Origin: Candidatus Kaiserbacteria bacterium
GTDB lineage: Bacteria > Patescibacteriota > Minisyncoccia > Phycocordibacterales > UBA918
NCBI GenBank assembly: GCA_031430855.1
Contig: JANPCG010000013.1
Span: 182,893 to 246,892 of the forward strand
Direction: 5' to 3'
Length of the DNA: 64,000 nucleotides
A program made the translations under genes and the position numbers. Within the stretch, counting starts at the first letter, position 1. Each line of letters starts with the position of its first letter. The notes under the pieces are model-generated. The model had not been told where the DNA came from. It saw only the letters and a program-made list of their open reading frames with translations, and did not search any database. This document shows, piece after piece, positions 17,784 through 27,208 of the stretch.

Positions 17784-19805
17784 TTACAAACCTATCAATA
17801 CAGGGATAACCATCGGTGATTTCTGTGTCTTCTGCATCAAAAACTGACTCACAATATCAGTCAATTCGTCTTTTACGTAATCAAGATCAAGCGGGTTCAT
17901 GCGCTCTGTGTATTTCTCGATGGTCTTTTTAATGAGGACACGAGCTTCAGATAGGAGCTGTTGATTCTCGCGGAGGTACACAAAACCTCGAGAAATAATG
18001 TCGGGGGATTTGCGTAACTTTCCGGTTTTAGCATTCACGGTAGCGATAATCACAAACATGCCATCCTGTGAGAGGCTCATACGATCACGTAATACTACCT
18101 CTTGGCGGTTACCAACGGTAAAACCATCAACGACTACCATCTCAGTGGGGATTTTTACCTTGTGACGGATAATTTCGGTACCATTTTTGATATCGATAAT
18201 GGTACCGTTGTCAGGTACAACGATATTTTCTTTTGGAAAACCGTTCTCGACAGCCGCGAAATAGTGGCTCTTAAGGTGATAGTGGTGTCCGTGAACTGGA
18301 ACCAAAAACTTTGGCTTAACCGTTTGGTGAACCCACACGAGGTCTCCGGCGTTCCCGTGTCCTGATGAGTGGACGTGTGAACCCTTATAGTTGATAACCT
18401 TAACATTGCGACGGTAGATATTATCTTTCAATTTTTGGACAGCAATTTCGTTCCCAGGAATGACAGATGAGGAGAGAACGATCGTGTCACGCTCATTGAG
18501 GGTAATTTGTTTGTGCTTATCAGTTGCCATGCGCATCAGAGCTGCAAATTCTTCACCCTGGGCTCCGGTTGAGAGAATAACTATTTTATCAGCCGGGTAG
18601 TTTCCAATATCATTTGCACTAATAAAAGTGGTAGGCTTTACTTCAAGGAGTTTTGCTTGAATGGCAATCTCGATGTTTACTTTAATACTGCGACCCTCCA
18701 TAACAACCTTCTTGCCTAAGGCTTCGCAGATGTTAATAATCGCGATGAGTCGGTCAAACTGTGAGGCAAAGGTTCCTACAATAATTCGTCCGCTTGTGTT
18801 ACGAATAATTTCTTCGAGAGTATCGAACACTTTTGTTTCTGAAGCAGAAAAACCTTCACGGTCGGCGTTGGTTGAGTCACATAACAATACGAGATTATTA
18901 TGCTTTCCAACTTCTTCCCAGGCTTCTTTTTCTTCAACTACAACCTGTCCATCAACGTTAACGAGTTTAATGTCACCGGTAACTACCACGTCACCGTGCT
19001 TCGTTTCAATCGCCAGACCCATAGCGTCAGGAATTGAGTGAGTCACCGGGAAGGTGCGTACTTTGGTGCTCCCAACCGTAAAGCTTTCGCCCTCTTTGAC
19101 GATGTGCATATCAACGGGGTCAATGTGCGGGAATTCCTCTTGTCGTTTGAGGATCATTAAGGACGTGAGGTACTGTGTATAGATTGGTGGATTACCAATT
19201 CGTTCCATAATAAAGGGGATTCCTCCGATGTGGTCGAGGTGGCCGTGAGTAATAATCAAGGCACGAATCTTGTCTTTGCGCTCTTCTAGGTATTGGGTAT
19301 TTGGGAGAATGTACTGGATTCCAGGCGCATTGCTTTCTTCAGATACAAATTGGAAGCCGGCATCGATAACAAGAATGTCGTCTTTTGTTTCGACAATAAT
19401 CATATTTCGCCCAATTTCTTCAACTCCTGATACGGGAATAACACGAACGGTGTCTTCATCAGTAATGAGTGGTAGAACGGGATTTTTTTCATCTGTAATC
19501 GTCATGCGGTGACTGAGGGCCGGGCTTGTCATCGGACGACGACTGTTGCCGCCACTACGACGACGTTTGCCGTCGCGGCCGGACCGTTTAGTCGGGGTGC
19601 CAGTAGCAGAACGTTCAGTTCGCGCTGCTGGAGCTGAGGTAGTTGCAGGAGCGGCTGTGGTGCTACTTAGAGGACGTGGTCCGCGGTGGTGCGTGCGATT
19701 AAATGGCCGTCTTGCTCCACCAGAACGAGGATTGCTCGAAGCTGGTCGGCTCCCTGGGGTCCGCGGTGTGAGTGGGTTAGTTGGTTGTGAATTTTGTGGT
19801 GTCAT
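17784..19805 (-). CDS. rnj: ribonuclease J (MBL/beta-CASP) with ~100-aa Arg/Pro/Ser/Thr-rich N-terminal extension
   Basis: HGHLDHIGG metallo-beta-lactamase motif, beta-CASP region and C-terminal domain. The N-terminus is low-complexity and basic and is encoded by a GC-rich stretch. Confidence 0.85.
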   Translation of the reverse strand: MTPQNSQPTNPLTPRTPGSRPASSNPRSGGARRPFNRTHHRGPRPLSSTTAAPATTSAPAARTERSATGTPTKRSGRDGKRRRSGGNSRRPMTSPALSHRMTITDEKNPVLPLITDEDTVRVIPVSGVEEIGRNMIIVETKDDILVIDAGFQFVSEESNAPGIQYILPNTQYLEERKDKIRALIITHGHLDHIGGIPFIMERIGNPPIYTQYLTSLMILKRQEEFPHIDPVDMHIVKEGESFTVGSTKVRTFPVTHSIPDAMGLAIETKHGDVVVTGDIKLVNVDGQVVVEEKEAWEEVGKHNNLVLLCDSTNADREGFSASETKVFDTLEEIIRNTSGRIIVGTFASQFDRLIAIINICEALGKKVVMEGRSIKVNIEIAIQAKLLEVKPTTFISANDIGNYPADKIVILSTGAQGEEFAALMRMATDKHKQITLNERDTIVLSSSVIPGNEIAVQKLKDNIYRRNVKVINYKGSHVHSSGHGNAGDLVWVHQTVKPKFLVPVHGHHYHLKSHYFAAVENGFPKENIVVPDNGTIIDIKNGTEIIRHKVKIPTEMVVVDGFTVGNRQEVVLRDRMSLSQDGMFVIIATVNAKTGKLRKSPDIISRGFVYLRENQQLLSEARVLIKKTIEKYTERMNPLDLDYVKDELTDIVSQFLMQKTQKSPMVIPVLIGL

Positions 19806-19833
19806 AAAGGTTATTACTATTATTAATTAATTT

Positions 19834-21579
19834 TTATCGAAAGATTGGCCATAGTCGGTCGGTATTTATATGCCAGCTGGCAACGTTCATAAATCGTTCG
19901 CTTGGTCTACTGATATCGGTAATCGGGGTGGTTATCAATTGTGAATCTGAGATATATACCATACTTGGAACATAAAGGAAGATGGCAGGAACTTCTCTAT
20001 TCATGATGTTCGTAGCAGCGAGAATAGAGGCGTCACGTGCTACGGTTGTTGTCGCAACACGCGCATTGGTGAGTAATCGATCTACTTCGATGTTGGCATA
20101 TTGCGCAATATTCAAGCCAGGGTCCTCGCGTTGTGAAGAGTGCCAAAATGGATAGAGATCAACCGCTCGGTTCATATCTAGTCCAAATAATAATGCTTCA
20201 AAATCGCGCGGTCGAATTACTGCTTGGAGTAAATCGCTTTGTTCAAATTGTTCTACCTCTACTTCAACACCAAGCTCTCGCCATGACCGAGCAATAATTT
20301 CAGTGGTCTTTTCAAATACTGGCGTATTGGCTGTGCGTAATGTTAATGAAAGCTTTTCGACTTCTCCGTTGATACGCTTTTCCCAGACGCCCGTATTATT
20401 TTTCACCCACCCACCTTTACTGAGAATAGTGATTGCTTCAGTAATAGCAGGACTTGTTGTGGCGGCAGTTACACTTGCTTGTCCAAACGATTCTACCGCG
20501 TGAGAAAGATTCGGTACAGGGGTATTCATGGGGACACCATAGCCAGAGAGCGCAGTCAGGACGAGGTCCTCTCGTGGTGTTGCTGCAGCAAGTGCTAAAC
20601 GCACTGCTGTGTCACGTAGTGCCGGTGAACGATTCTGGTTAAAGAAAATCGCAAAAACTCTTGGTAACGCCTCTTCGTGTACGGTGTATCCGTGGTCAAC
20701 AAGTTCTTGAACGCGCTCCATTGAAACCCCGGCACTACTCATTACTGAGCCGTCTAAGAGTGCGTCAACTAAACTGGGTTCATTGGTAAAAAATCGAACC
20801 GTAATTTCAGACAGTTTAACCGTTGTGTTTTCACTGAATTTTTCTAATTGATAACTCGTAATCACATTTGATTCATCACGAATAATTTTTTTAATGGCAA
20901 ATGGACCGGTACCGATTGGGTTCGTGTTCCTTTCATTAAAGGTAATTTGTTCCATTGGAATTTCGTTCCAAATATGTCGAGGGAGTATCCCGACGGTAAA
21001 GTTTTCAATAAAGGGAGTGTACGCTTCTTCGAGATTAATATTGAGTTCGTACTCATTTATTTCGTCAACTGTAATTCCTGACCAGTTTCCTCGAAGCGGA
21101 CTTTTGAGGTCAGCATTTTGAATAAGTCCAATTGTAAAAGTGACGTCTCGTGCAGTAAATGGGGTGCCGTCATGGAAACGGATATTTTTTCGTAACAATA
21201 TATTGTACGTTTTTCCATCGTCTGAGAGGGTTACGTTCTCAGCTAAGTCAGGTATGAGTTCACCCTCTGGGTTTATTTTCATTAACCCTGAATACACAAG
21301 AGCAGACATGTCGAGGTCAGCCCGGGTTACGGCGAGCGCCGGGTTGACAAACCGTGGGGTGCCAACTATCCCTTCAATGAGGGTCCCGCCAAGCGCCGGT
21401 GTTTCGGCAATCAGGGTGTTATTAAAAGAAATTCCCGCCCATAAAATACTCGCAATGAGTCCAAAAAATAACACCCGTAAAAGTACCCGATCGCTCGGGC
21501 GAGTTTCTTCAATTCCACCAATAAATCTCCCAATGAGACTAATTTTTTGTGGTCGTACTTTTCTAAACCGAAGTGACAT
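19834..21579 (-). CDS. ABC transporter substrate-binding protein, family 5 (oligopeptide/nickel-type), membrane anchored
   Basis: N-terminal TM anchor. Length and composition fit SBP_bac_5. Confidence 0.55.
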   Translation of the reverse strand: MSLRFRKVRPQKISLIGRFIGGIEETRPSDRVLLRVLFFGLIASILWAGISFNNTLIAETPALGGTLIEGIVGTPRFVNPALAVTRADLDMSALVYSGLMKINPEGELIPDLAENVTLSDDGKTYNILLRKNIRFHDGTPFTARDVTFTIGLIQNADLKSPLRGNWSGITVDEINEYELNINLEEAYTPFIENFTVGILPRHIWNEIPMEQITFNERNTNPIGTGPFAIKKIIRDESNVITSYQLEKFSENTTVKLSEITVRFFTNEPSLVDALLDGSVMSSAGVSMERVQELVDHGYTVHEEALPRVFAIFFNQNRSPALRDTAVRLALAAATPREDLVLTALSGYGVPMNTPVPNLSHAVESFGQASVTAATTSPAITEAITILSKGGWVKNNTGVWEKRINGEVEKLSLTLRTANTPVFEKTTEIIARSWRELGVEVEVEQFEQSDLLQAVIRPRDFEALLFGLDMNRAVDLYPFWHSSQREDPGLNIAQYANIEVDRLLTNARVATTTVARDASILAATNIMNREVPAIFLYVPSMVYISDSQLITTPITDISRPSERFMNVASWHINTDRLWPIFR

Positions 21580-21665
21580 AGAATGAGAGTAAGCCCAAAG
21601 GGGGCTTTTATTGATAAATGGATGTGCGACACCACTATCTGTGCACGTTTTGAATCGTCAGCAAC

Positions 21666-21905
21666 TTAGATCAAAATGTTGAGAAAAGCTGAGAGAACAA
21701 AAAGTATAGCAATACCAATTGAAAACTTAAACAGGAAAAGTTCTGCGCCGCGTCGCTTGTGAAAGGCTGAACTAAAGTTATCACCACCGAAGGCGCCACC
21801 GAGGCTCGATCCACGTTGTTGCAATAAAATAGCTGCAATCAATAGAACGGAGAGGATGATCTGGATAAACGGCAGTGCCGGCTGCAGAATTTGGATAATT
21901 TCCAT
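21666..21905 (-). CDS. secG: preprotein translocase subunit SecG
   Basis: MEIIQILQ...LLQQRGSSLGGAFGGDNF...RGAE matches the SecG pattern. Start taken at the internal Met (21905); the ORF extends to 21926. Confidence 0.7.
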   Translation of the reverse strand: MEIIQILQPALPFIQIILSVLLIAAILLQQRGSSLGGAFGGDNFSSAFHKRRGAELFLFKFSIGIAILFVLSAFLNILI

Positions 21906-22249
21906 GTGACTGACATCGTAGCACAAAGTGCTAAAGTTGTAAAATGAGCCACAGAGCGTAGCGACAATGGCGAATTTTCGCGAGTGTTTTTTATTCCTTA
22001 TAAAAACATCCGCACCTCACCAACCTGATTATCTAATCAACCAGCCCTAGTAGCGACAATGGCGAATTTTTCTCTACGTTGGTGTACTCTCCTTGTTTTG
22101 TTTAGTTGTATCCTTGGATTTAACGTTCCAGCGATTCTCCCGGGGAAGGTCGTATCGGGAACTAAGTAAAATCATGCTCGCTACCGCTTGCTGTTTTACT
22201 TAATAAAAACATCCGCGCCCTGCCAACGTGATTATGTATTGTTACTTTC

Positions 22250-22278
22250 GTGAAGAGTGGCGTCGAATCACTCTTCAC
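22250..22278. promoter_or_regulatory. 10-bp inverted repeat with 9-nt spacer upstream of groES (CIRCE-like geometry, non-canonical sequence)
   Basis: GTGAAGAGTG-N9-CACTCTTCAC, about 150 bp upstream of the groES start. Canonical CIRCE is TTAGCACTC-N9-GAGTGCTAA. Confidence 0.35.
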
Positions 22279-22424
22279 CTATTGCGGATTTTCTTTGAAT
22301 TTTGACGCCATCTTCAAAGCTACGTATAATAGCGTCGCGCGGACGGACGAATTGATTTTATCCCCGCAGGACGTCCGCCTCTAAATAATAAATGTATTAT
22401 CCGCTCAATTTGTAACAGCTATAT

Positions 22425-22757
22425 ATGTCAGAAAATTCAAACCAAAGCGTCAGTCCGATTAAGCCATTAGGAGATCGTGTGGTGGTGAGACCACTAACTG
22501 ATACAGAGTTAGGTACCGTTTCTGCTTCAGGCATTATTATCCCTGAGACAGCTAAAAAAGAAAAACCAGAACAAGGAGTCGTGATTGCGGTCGGAGCTGG
22601 CAAGTGGGACGAAGACGGAGAAAAGCGGATTCCGCTAGAAGTTAAGGTTGGCGATAAGGTTATCTTCTCAAAATATGGGTACGATGAAGTTAAGGTAAAT
22701 AATATTGAGTATTTTATTGTGTCTGAAGCGAGCATTTTAGGAATTTTTACTAAATAA
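22425..22757 (+). CDS. groES: co-chaperonin GroES
   Basis: PLGDRVVVRP and GIIIPETAKEKPEQG mobile loop, about 110 aa, immediately upstream of groEL. Confidence 0.95.
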   Translation: MSENSNQSVSPIKPLGDRVVVRPLTDTELGTVSASGIIIPETAKKEKPEQGVVIAVGAGKWDEDGEKRIPLEVKVGDKVIFSKYGYDEVKVNNIEYFIVSEASILGIFTK

Positions 22758-22771
22758 TCAATTAACTACTC

Positions 22772-24418
22772 ATGGCAAAACAAATATTATATGGTGAAGA
22801 GGTAAAGAAGAAGCTTCAGAAAGGAGTTGATACGGTCGCCAATGCCGTAAAAGTTACCTTAGGCCCCCGCGGGAGAAATGTGGCGTTAGATAAAGGTTAT
22901 GGTGGACCAACTATTACAAATGACGGAGTATCAATCGCCAAAGAAATTACCCTCAAAGATAAGTTTGAGAACATGGGGGCTGAAATCGTAAAAGAAGTTG
23001 CCAATAAGACAAATGAATTAGCCGGAGACGGAACGACAACCGCTACTGTCCTAACCCAGGCGCTCGTAAATGAAGGTTTGCGCCAGACCACTATGGGCCT
23101 TAATTCAATGGCTGTTCGTACTGGAATGGAACATGCAGCCGTTGATGTGGTAGCTGCTTTGCGCTCTATGGCGACGCAGATCACGTCACTTGATGAAATT
23201 AAGCAAGTGGCAACCATTTCTGCCGAAAGTAGCGAGCTGGGAGAAAAAATCGCTGAGACGATTGATAAGGTGGGTAAAGACGGAGTGGTGACAGTTGAGG
23301 AGTCACAAGTCTTTGGTATTGAAACTGAACTCACCGAAGGAATGCAATTTGATCGCGGTTACGTCTCACCCTATATGGTGACAAATCCCGAACGAATGGA
23401 GGCGGCCTATAAAAATGCCCATATTCTCATTACTGATAAGAAAATTTCTTCCGTACAAGAAATCCTCCCCCTGTTGGAGAAAATTGCCCAAACCGGTAAA
23501 AAGGAACTGGTGATTATTGCGGATGATGTAGAAGGTGAAGCGCTTGCAACCTTTGTCGTAAATAAGCTTAAGGGTGGATTTTCAGTCCTCGCGATTAAGG
23601 CGCCAGGGTATGGAGATCGTAAAAAAGAAGTGCTCGCTGACATTGCGGTAACTACTGGAGCCCAAGTGATTACAGAAGATATCGGACTCAAGTTAGAGAC
23701 GACGGAATTAGCGCAATTAGGATCAGCTGATCGGGTCGTTTCTACCAAAGACAATACGGTAATCGTTGGTGGCGCTGGTACCAAAGAAGCGATTGCTGAT
23801 CGGGTCGCGGCCTTAAAGGCGCAGCTTGAAGCTACGACGTCAAAGTTTGATAAGGAAAAAATTGAAGAACGAATTGCAAAACTGACGGGAGGGGTGGCCG
23901 TAATCCGTGTTGGGGCCGCCACTGAAACCGAAATGAAGTACCTGAAGCTTAAAATTGAAGATGCGGTGAACGCCACTAAAGCAGCGATTGAAGAGGGAAT
24001 CGTTCCTGGCGGTGGAACCAGTCTTGCGCGTGCGTCAGCTATTGTTGAAAGTGAGATGCTAAAAAAGAAAGACCTCAGTGCAGAAGAATTAGTTGGCTAC
24101 AATATTGTATTGCGCGCGCTTGAGGTACCGCTCCGTCAGATTGCGGATAATACGGGTAAAATTGATGGCGCGGTGGTGGTTGATAAGGTAAAGGCAGCTG
24201 GCGGTAATGCAGGCTACGATGCTGCAAAAGGTGAAATGGTAGCCGATATGATTAAGGCTGGAATCATTGACCCGGTAAAAGTTGAGCGGGCAGCGGTTCA
24301 GCATGCGGTCTCAGCAGCCGCCATTCTCCTTACGACTGAATGCGCGATTGCGGATGAACCAGAGGAAAGTAAGGGGGCTATGCCAGATATGGGAGGTATG
24401 GGCGGAGGAATGTACTAA
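22772..24418 (+). CDS. groEL: chaperonin GroEL
   Basis: AGDGTTTATVL motif, 548 aa, C-terminal GGM repeat (MGGMGGGMY). Confidence 0.97.
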   Translation: MAKQILYGEEVKKKLQKGVDTVANAVKVTLGPRGRNVALDKGYGGPTITNDGVSIAKEITLKDKFENMGAEIVKEVANKTNELAGDGTTTATVLTQALVNEGLRQTTMGLNSMAVRTGMEHAAVDVVAALRSMATQITSLDEIKQVATISAESSELGEKIAETIDKVGKDGVVTVEESQVFGIETELTEGMQFDRGYVSPYMVTNPERMEAAYKNAHILITDKKISSVQEILPLLEKIAQTGKKELVIIADDVEGEALATFVVNKLKGGFSVLAIKAPGYGDRKKEVLADIAVTTGAQVITEDIGLKLETTELAQLGSADRVVSTKDNTVIVGGAGTKEAIADRVAALKAQLEATTSKFDKEKIEERIAKLTGGVAVIRVGAATETEMKYLKLKIEDAVNATKAAIEEGIVPGGGTSLARASAIVESEMLKKKDLSAEELVGYNIVLRALEVPLRQIADNTGKIDGAVVVDKVKAAGGNAGYDAAKGEMVADMIKAGIIDPVKVERAAVQHAVSAAAILLTTECAIADEPEESKGAMPDMGGMGGGMY

Positions 24419-24514
24419 CCAAAGCCTCTGAATATAACCCACTGCTTTGTCGTGTGTTTATATCTGTCAGTCGCGGTAGGAATCTGCCGCTTCCTCCAGA
24501 ATCTAGTCGCCTGT

Positions 24515-24595
24515 CTTAACAGAAGCTGTACACCTTTTGGAAATCAAAGATTTCTCAAAAGGTCTTGCGACAGTTTCCCAAACTGTCTCACTCGC
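24515..24595 (+). repeat. structured repeat family 1, copy C (in the groEL 3' UTR)
   Basis: CTTAACAGAAGCTGTACA ... AAGGTCTTGCGA-[GACAGTTT ccc AAACTGTC]-TCACTCGC. Lies between the groEL stop and the terminator at 24641. Confidence 0.6.
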
Positions 24596-24640
24596 ATTTG
24601 GGTCATCTCGAATGCTTTGATAATTAAACTGGAAATAGTC

Positions 24641-24673
24641 AAAAAAAGAGTCCTCGTACGGGGCTCTTTTTTG
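24641..24673 (+). terminator. rho-independent terminator of the groESL transcript
   Basis: AGAGTCC-tcgtacg-GGGCTCT stem-loop followed by TTTTTT. Confidence 0.6.
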
Positions 24674-24730
24674 TAATTTAGATAAACGAAAACCGCCGGC
24701 ACAGGGCCGACGGCAGGCGTAAACACGCGC

Positions 24731-25186
24731 TCAAATTGGTTTGCAGTAAAATCCCACCGCTCTGGCTTCGTCGATGTAAATCTCGACGTTATACAGACAT
24801 TTTGCGCATAGCTCGCGCATCCGGAGGGGTGCGTCTGGTGTATGTTCCAGATTCATTTTGTTAGTGTTTCCCTTACTCCAAAAGAACGTGATTCGCTGTT
24901 TCCGAAGTCCCTGAGCTGCTTCGTACACAGTACTCGCTCCAGCATGGTTGAGGTGGTAGCCACGTCCGCTCAGCAGTTCAGAGAGAGGGGCGACGCTTTT
25001 TCTGGGCAGTACCAGTGATGGTGGGCGCGAAGGGCGTGGTGTCCGATTTCGCACTGTCCAATCCCGGGGTATGTCGCCTGGTTGGTCGATTCGAAAGGTG
25101 ACTCGAATGAACGGGGTACTCATGAGTAGCTTCTTGATTTCTTCAGTAGTTGCGTTCGGCATTGGTGTCCCTCCCATAATGAACAA
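24731..25186 (-). CDS. hypothetical protein
   Basis: No confident family. Weak resemblance of GYHLNHAG...GLRKQR to Tpt1/KptA HGT...R.HVH motifs only. Confidence 0.35.
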   Translation of the reverse strand: MFIMGGTPMPNATTEEIKKLLMSTPFIRVTFRIDQPGDIPRDWTVRNRTPRPSRPPSLVLPRKSVAPLSELLSGRGYHLNHAGASTVYEAAQGLRKQRITFFWSKGNTNKMNLEHTPDAPLRMRELCAKCLYNVEIYIDEARAVGFYCKPI

Positions 25187-25237
25187 TGACGGGGTATAGG
25201 GTACTGCTAAGTCCGTTCCCTTGTCAAGAGGGAAAAT

Positions 25238-25861
25238 ATGTTATACTGCAGCTACATTATTGGATTAATGAACATTAGAGATATGACATGGATAATTATT
25301 GGAGTACTTGGTGCCTTAGCGTTGTATGCAATAGTTACATACAACAACTTTGTAAAATTAACACAGCGCACAAAAGAAGCGTGGGCGGATATTGATGTAC
25401 AGCTTAAGCGTCGGTATGACCTGATTCCAAACTTAATTGAAACTGTAAAAGGTTACGCTGCGCATGAACGAGAAACCCTTGATGCTGTGACTGAGGCTCG
25501 CGCCAAGGCTACCCAGGTTCATGTTGACCCAACCGGTATTACGGCTGAACAAATTACCGCTATGGCGGGAGCCGAATCAGCCCTCGGGGCGTCACTCGGT
25601 AAACTGATGGCAATTGCCGAAGCGTATCCTGATCTGAAGGCCAATCAGAACTTCGCGCAGCTACAGACTGAACTTTCTGATACTGAGAACAAAATTCAGG
25701 CAGCTCGTCGTTTCTATAACGGTAATGTACGAGACCTCAAGATTGGTCTCCAGTCTTTCCCAGGTAACATCATTGGAAGCTCATTTGGGTTCAAAGAAGA
25801 AGAGTTCTTTGAATTACCAGAAAACAGTGCTGAGCGTGAAGTGGTGAAGGTTGCGTTCTAG
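25238..25861 (+). CDS. lemA: LemA family protein
   Basis: N-terminal TM helix plus YNNFVKLTQRTKEAWADIDVQLKRRYDLIPNL, characteristic of LemA. Confidence 0.8.
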   Translation: MLYCSYIIGLMNIRDMTWIIIGVLGALALYAIVTYNNFVKLTQRTKEAWADIDVQLKRRYDLIPNLIETVKGYAAHERETLDAVTEARAKATQVHVDPTGITAEQITAMAGAESALGASLGKLMAIAEAYPDLKANQNFAQLQTELSDTENKIQAARRFYNGNVRDLKIGLQSFPGNIIGSSFGFKEEEFFELPENSAEREVVKVAF

Positions 25862-25875
25862 TCCCAATATACTTC

Positions 25876-26805
25876 ATGGCAACCCCCATTCTCATTGGTG
25901 GAAAACGGATTGGCCGAATACGTGCCAGTTGGCTACTCTTTAAAGAGTCGTGGCGATTCTTGGCGGCCGACAAAGAGTTGTTACTCATTCCGGTTGCGGC
26001 GCTTGTCCTCAATCTCTGTTTACTCGGTATCGTGATTGGGAGTACGGTGTTACTGACGCAAAATTCTGAGAATCCACTCTTTACGGGGGATACTCTCCAT
26101 ACGCTTGATTACGTGGTGTTGTTTATGGTGTATGTAGTGGGGGCATTTACCCTGGCTCTGTCGCAGGCTGCTATTACGCATACGGTCTACACTCGTCTCC
26201 ATAACGGAAATGCACGCCTGGGCGAGAGTATTTCCGTCGCGCTCTCCCATGCGGGGACATTATTTGTGTGGGCCCTTATTACGAGTACGGTTGGAGTTAT
26301 TCTCCGGATGATATCTGAACGGTCGCAACTAATAGGTAAAATTGTTGCCGCCCTCATGGGAGCAGCGTGGGCCATCGCTACGTTTTTTGTTATTCCGGCG
26401 ATTGTCATCGATAAAAAAGGGGCCGTAGAATCAATTCCATTTTCTATCACCACCTTTAAGCGAACGTGGGGAGAAACAATTGTAAGTAATATCACGTTGG
26501 GATTATTCTTCTTCCTTGCTTACATGCTGGCCATTATTTCTGTCGTCGGAATGATAATCTTGGGGGTGTACGCCGAGAACCTCATTATTATTTTGACTGC
26601 GTTAATCATCGGTGTTGCGTGGTTAGTGATGGCGAGTTTGGCTCAGGCAGCACTTGAGGGAGTGATAAAAACTGTTCTCTATATTTACGCCACTGATGCG
26701 ACTACGCCGACTAATTTCAATCGAGAACTCCTCGAGGCGATGATGGTTCGGAATCCTCGATCGACGAGCGTAGTCACTCCTTCAACTGCTCCGTCTCTTG
26801 TCTAG
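25876..26805 (+). CDS. polytopic membrane protein, hypothetical (LemA-associated)
   Basis: Six or more hydrophobic helices, immediately downstream of lemA. Confidence 0.35.
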   Translation: MATPILIGGKRIGRIRASWLLFKESWRFLAADKELLLIPVAALVLNLCLLGIVIGSTVLLTQNSENPLFTGDTLHTLDYVVLFMVYVVGAFTLALSQAAITHTVYTRLHNGNARLGESISVALSHAGTLFVWALITSTVGVILRMISERSQLIGKIVAALMGAAWAIATFFVIPAIVIDKKGAVESIPFSITTFKRTWGETIVSNITLGLFFFLAYMLAIISVVGMIILGVYAENLIIILTALIIGVAWLVMASLAQAALEGVIKTVLYIYATDATTPTNFNRELLEAMMVRNPRSTSVVTPSTAPSLV

Positions 26806-26807
26806 CT

Positions 26808-27179
26808 ATGAAAAAAGTTTACTATAATAAACTTGTTCGCGATCTGATACAGGCCAAAATTGAGCGGCGCAGAGAAGGGTATAGTATTCGAACCATTGAA
26901 GATCCGGATGAGTTTGAGCAGGAGTTACTCAAGAAAGTTACCGAGGAGGCAGCAGCTCTCGCGGCAGCCAGTTCTCGTCAAGAATTCCTCAGCGAGTACG
27001 CTGACTTAATGGTAGTGCTCGACGCCCTGACGCATCACCTTGAGTTCTCTGAAGCTGACATTAAAACGGCACTTGCGGACAACGTTGAGAAAAAAGGCTT
27101 TTATAAAAATCGTCATTTTCTCCACTGGTCAGAAGCGGGAGACTATAAAAGTAATGAAACCCCGCAAGGATTGAAATAA
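26808..27179 (+). CDS. MazG-like all-alpha NTP pyrophosphohydrolase (house-cleaning)
   Basis: YNKLVRDLI...EE.EL..K..EE pattern of phosphoribosyl-ATP pyrophosphohydrolase-like/MazG-like proteins. Confidence 0.5.
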   Translation: MKKVYYNKLVRDLIQAKIERRREGYSIRTIEDPDEFEQELLKKVTEEAAALAAASSRQEFLSEYADLMVVLDALTHHLEFSEADIKTALADNVEKKGFYKNRHFLHWSEAGDYKSNETPQGLK

Positions 27180-27208
27180 ACTGAGACTTTATTCGTATAA
27201 CCTTTATT

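Noticed and set aside
19546-19830. 94-aa Arg/Gly-rich ORF on the plus strand
   Set aside because: It lies antisense within the GC-rich low-complexity N-terminal region of rnj and is a compositional artefact.
21950-22240. Possible CRISPR array from direct repeats upstream of groES
   Set aside because: Only two copies of each repeat, with unequal spacing and no repeat-spacer periodicity. No cas genes in the window.
22897-23976. Antisense ORFs 22897-23334 and 23407-23976 (145 and 189 aa) inside groEL
   Set aside because: Ser/Thr/Ala-rich mirror-frame artefacts of the highly expressed groEL gene. No independent signals.
24731-25186. Tpt1/KptA RNA 2'-phosphotransferase assignment for ORF 24731-25186
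   Set aside because: Only a weak HGT-like (HAG) and R.HVH-like resemblance. The N-terminal half does not match, so it is left as hypothetical.
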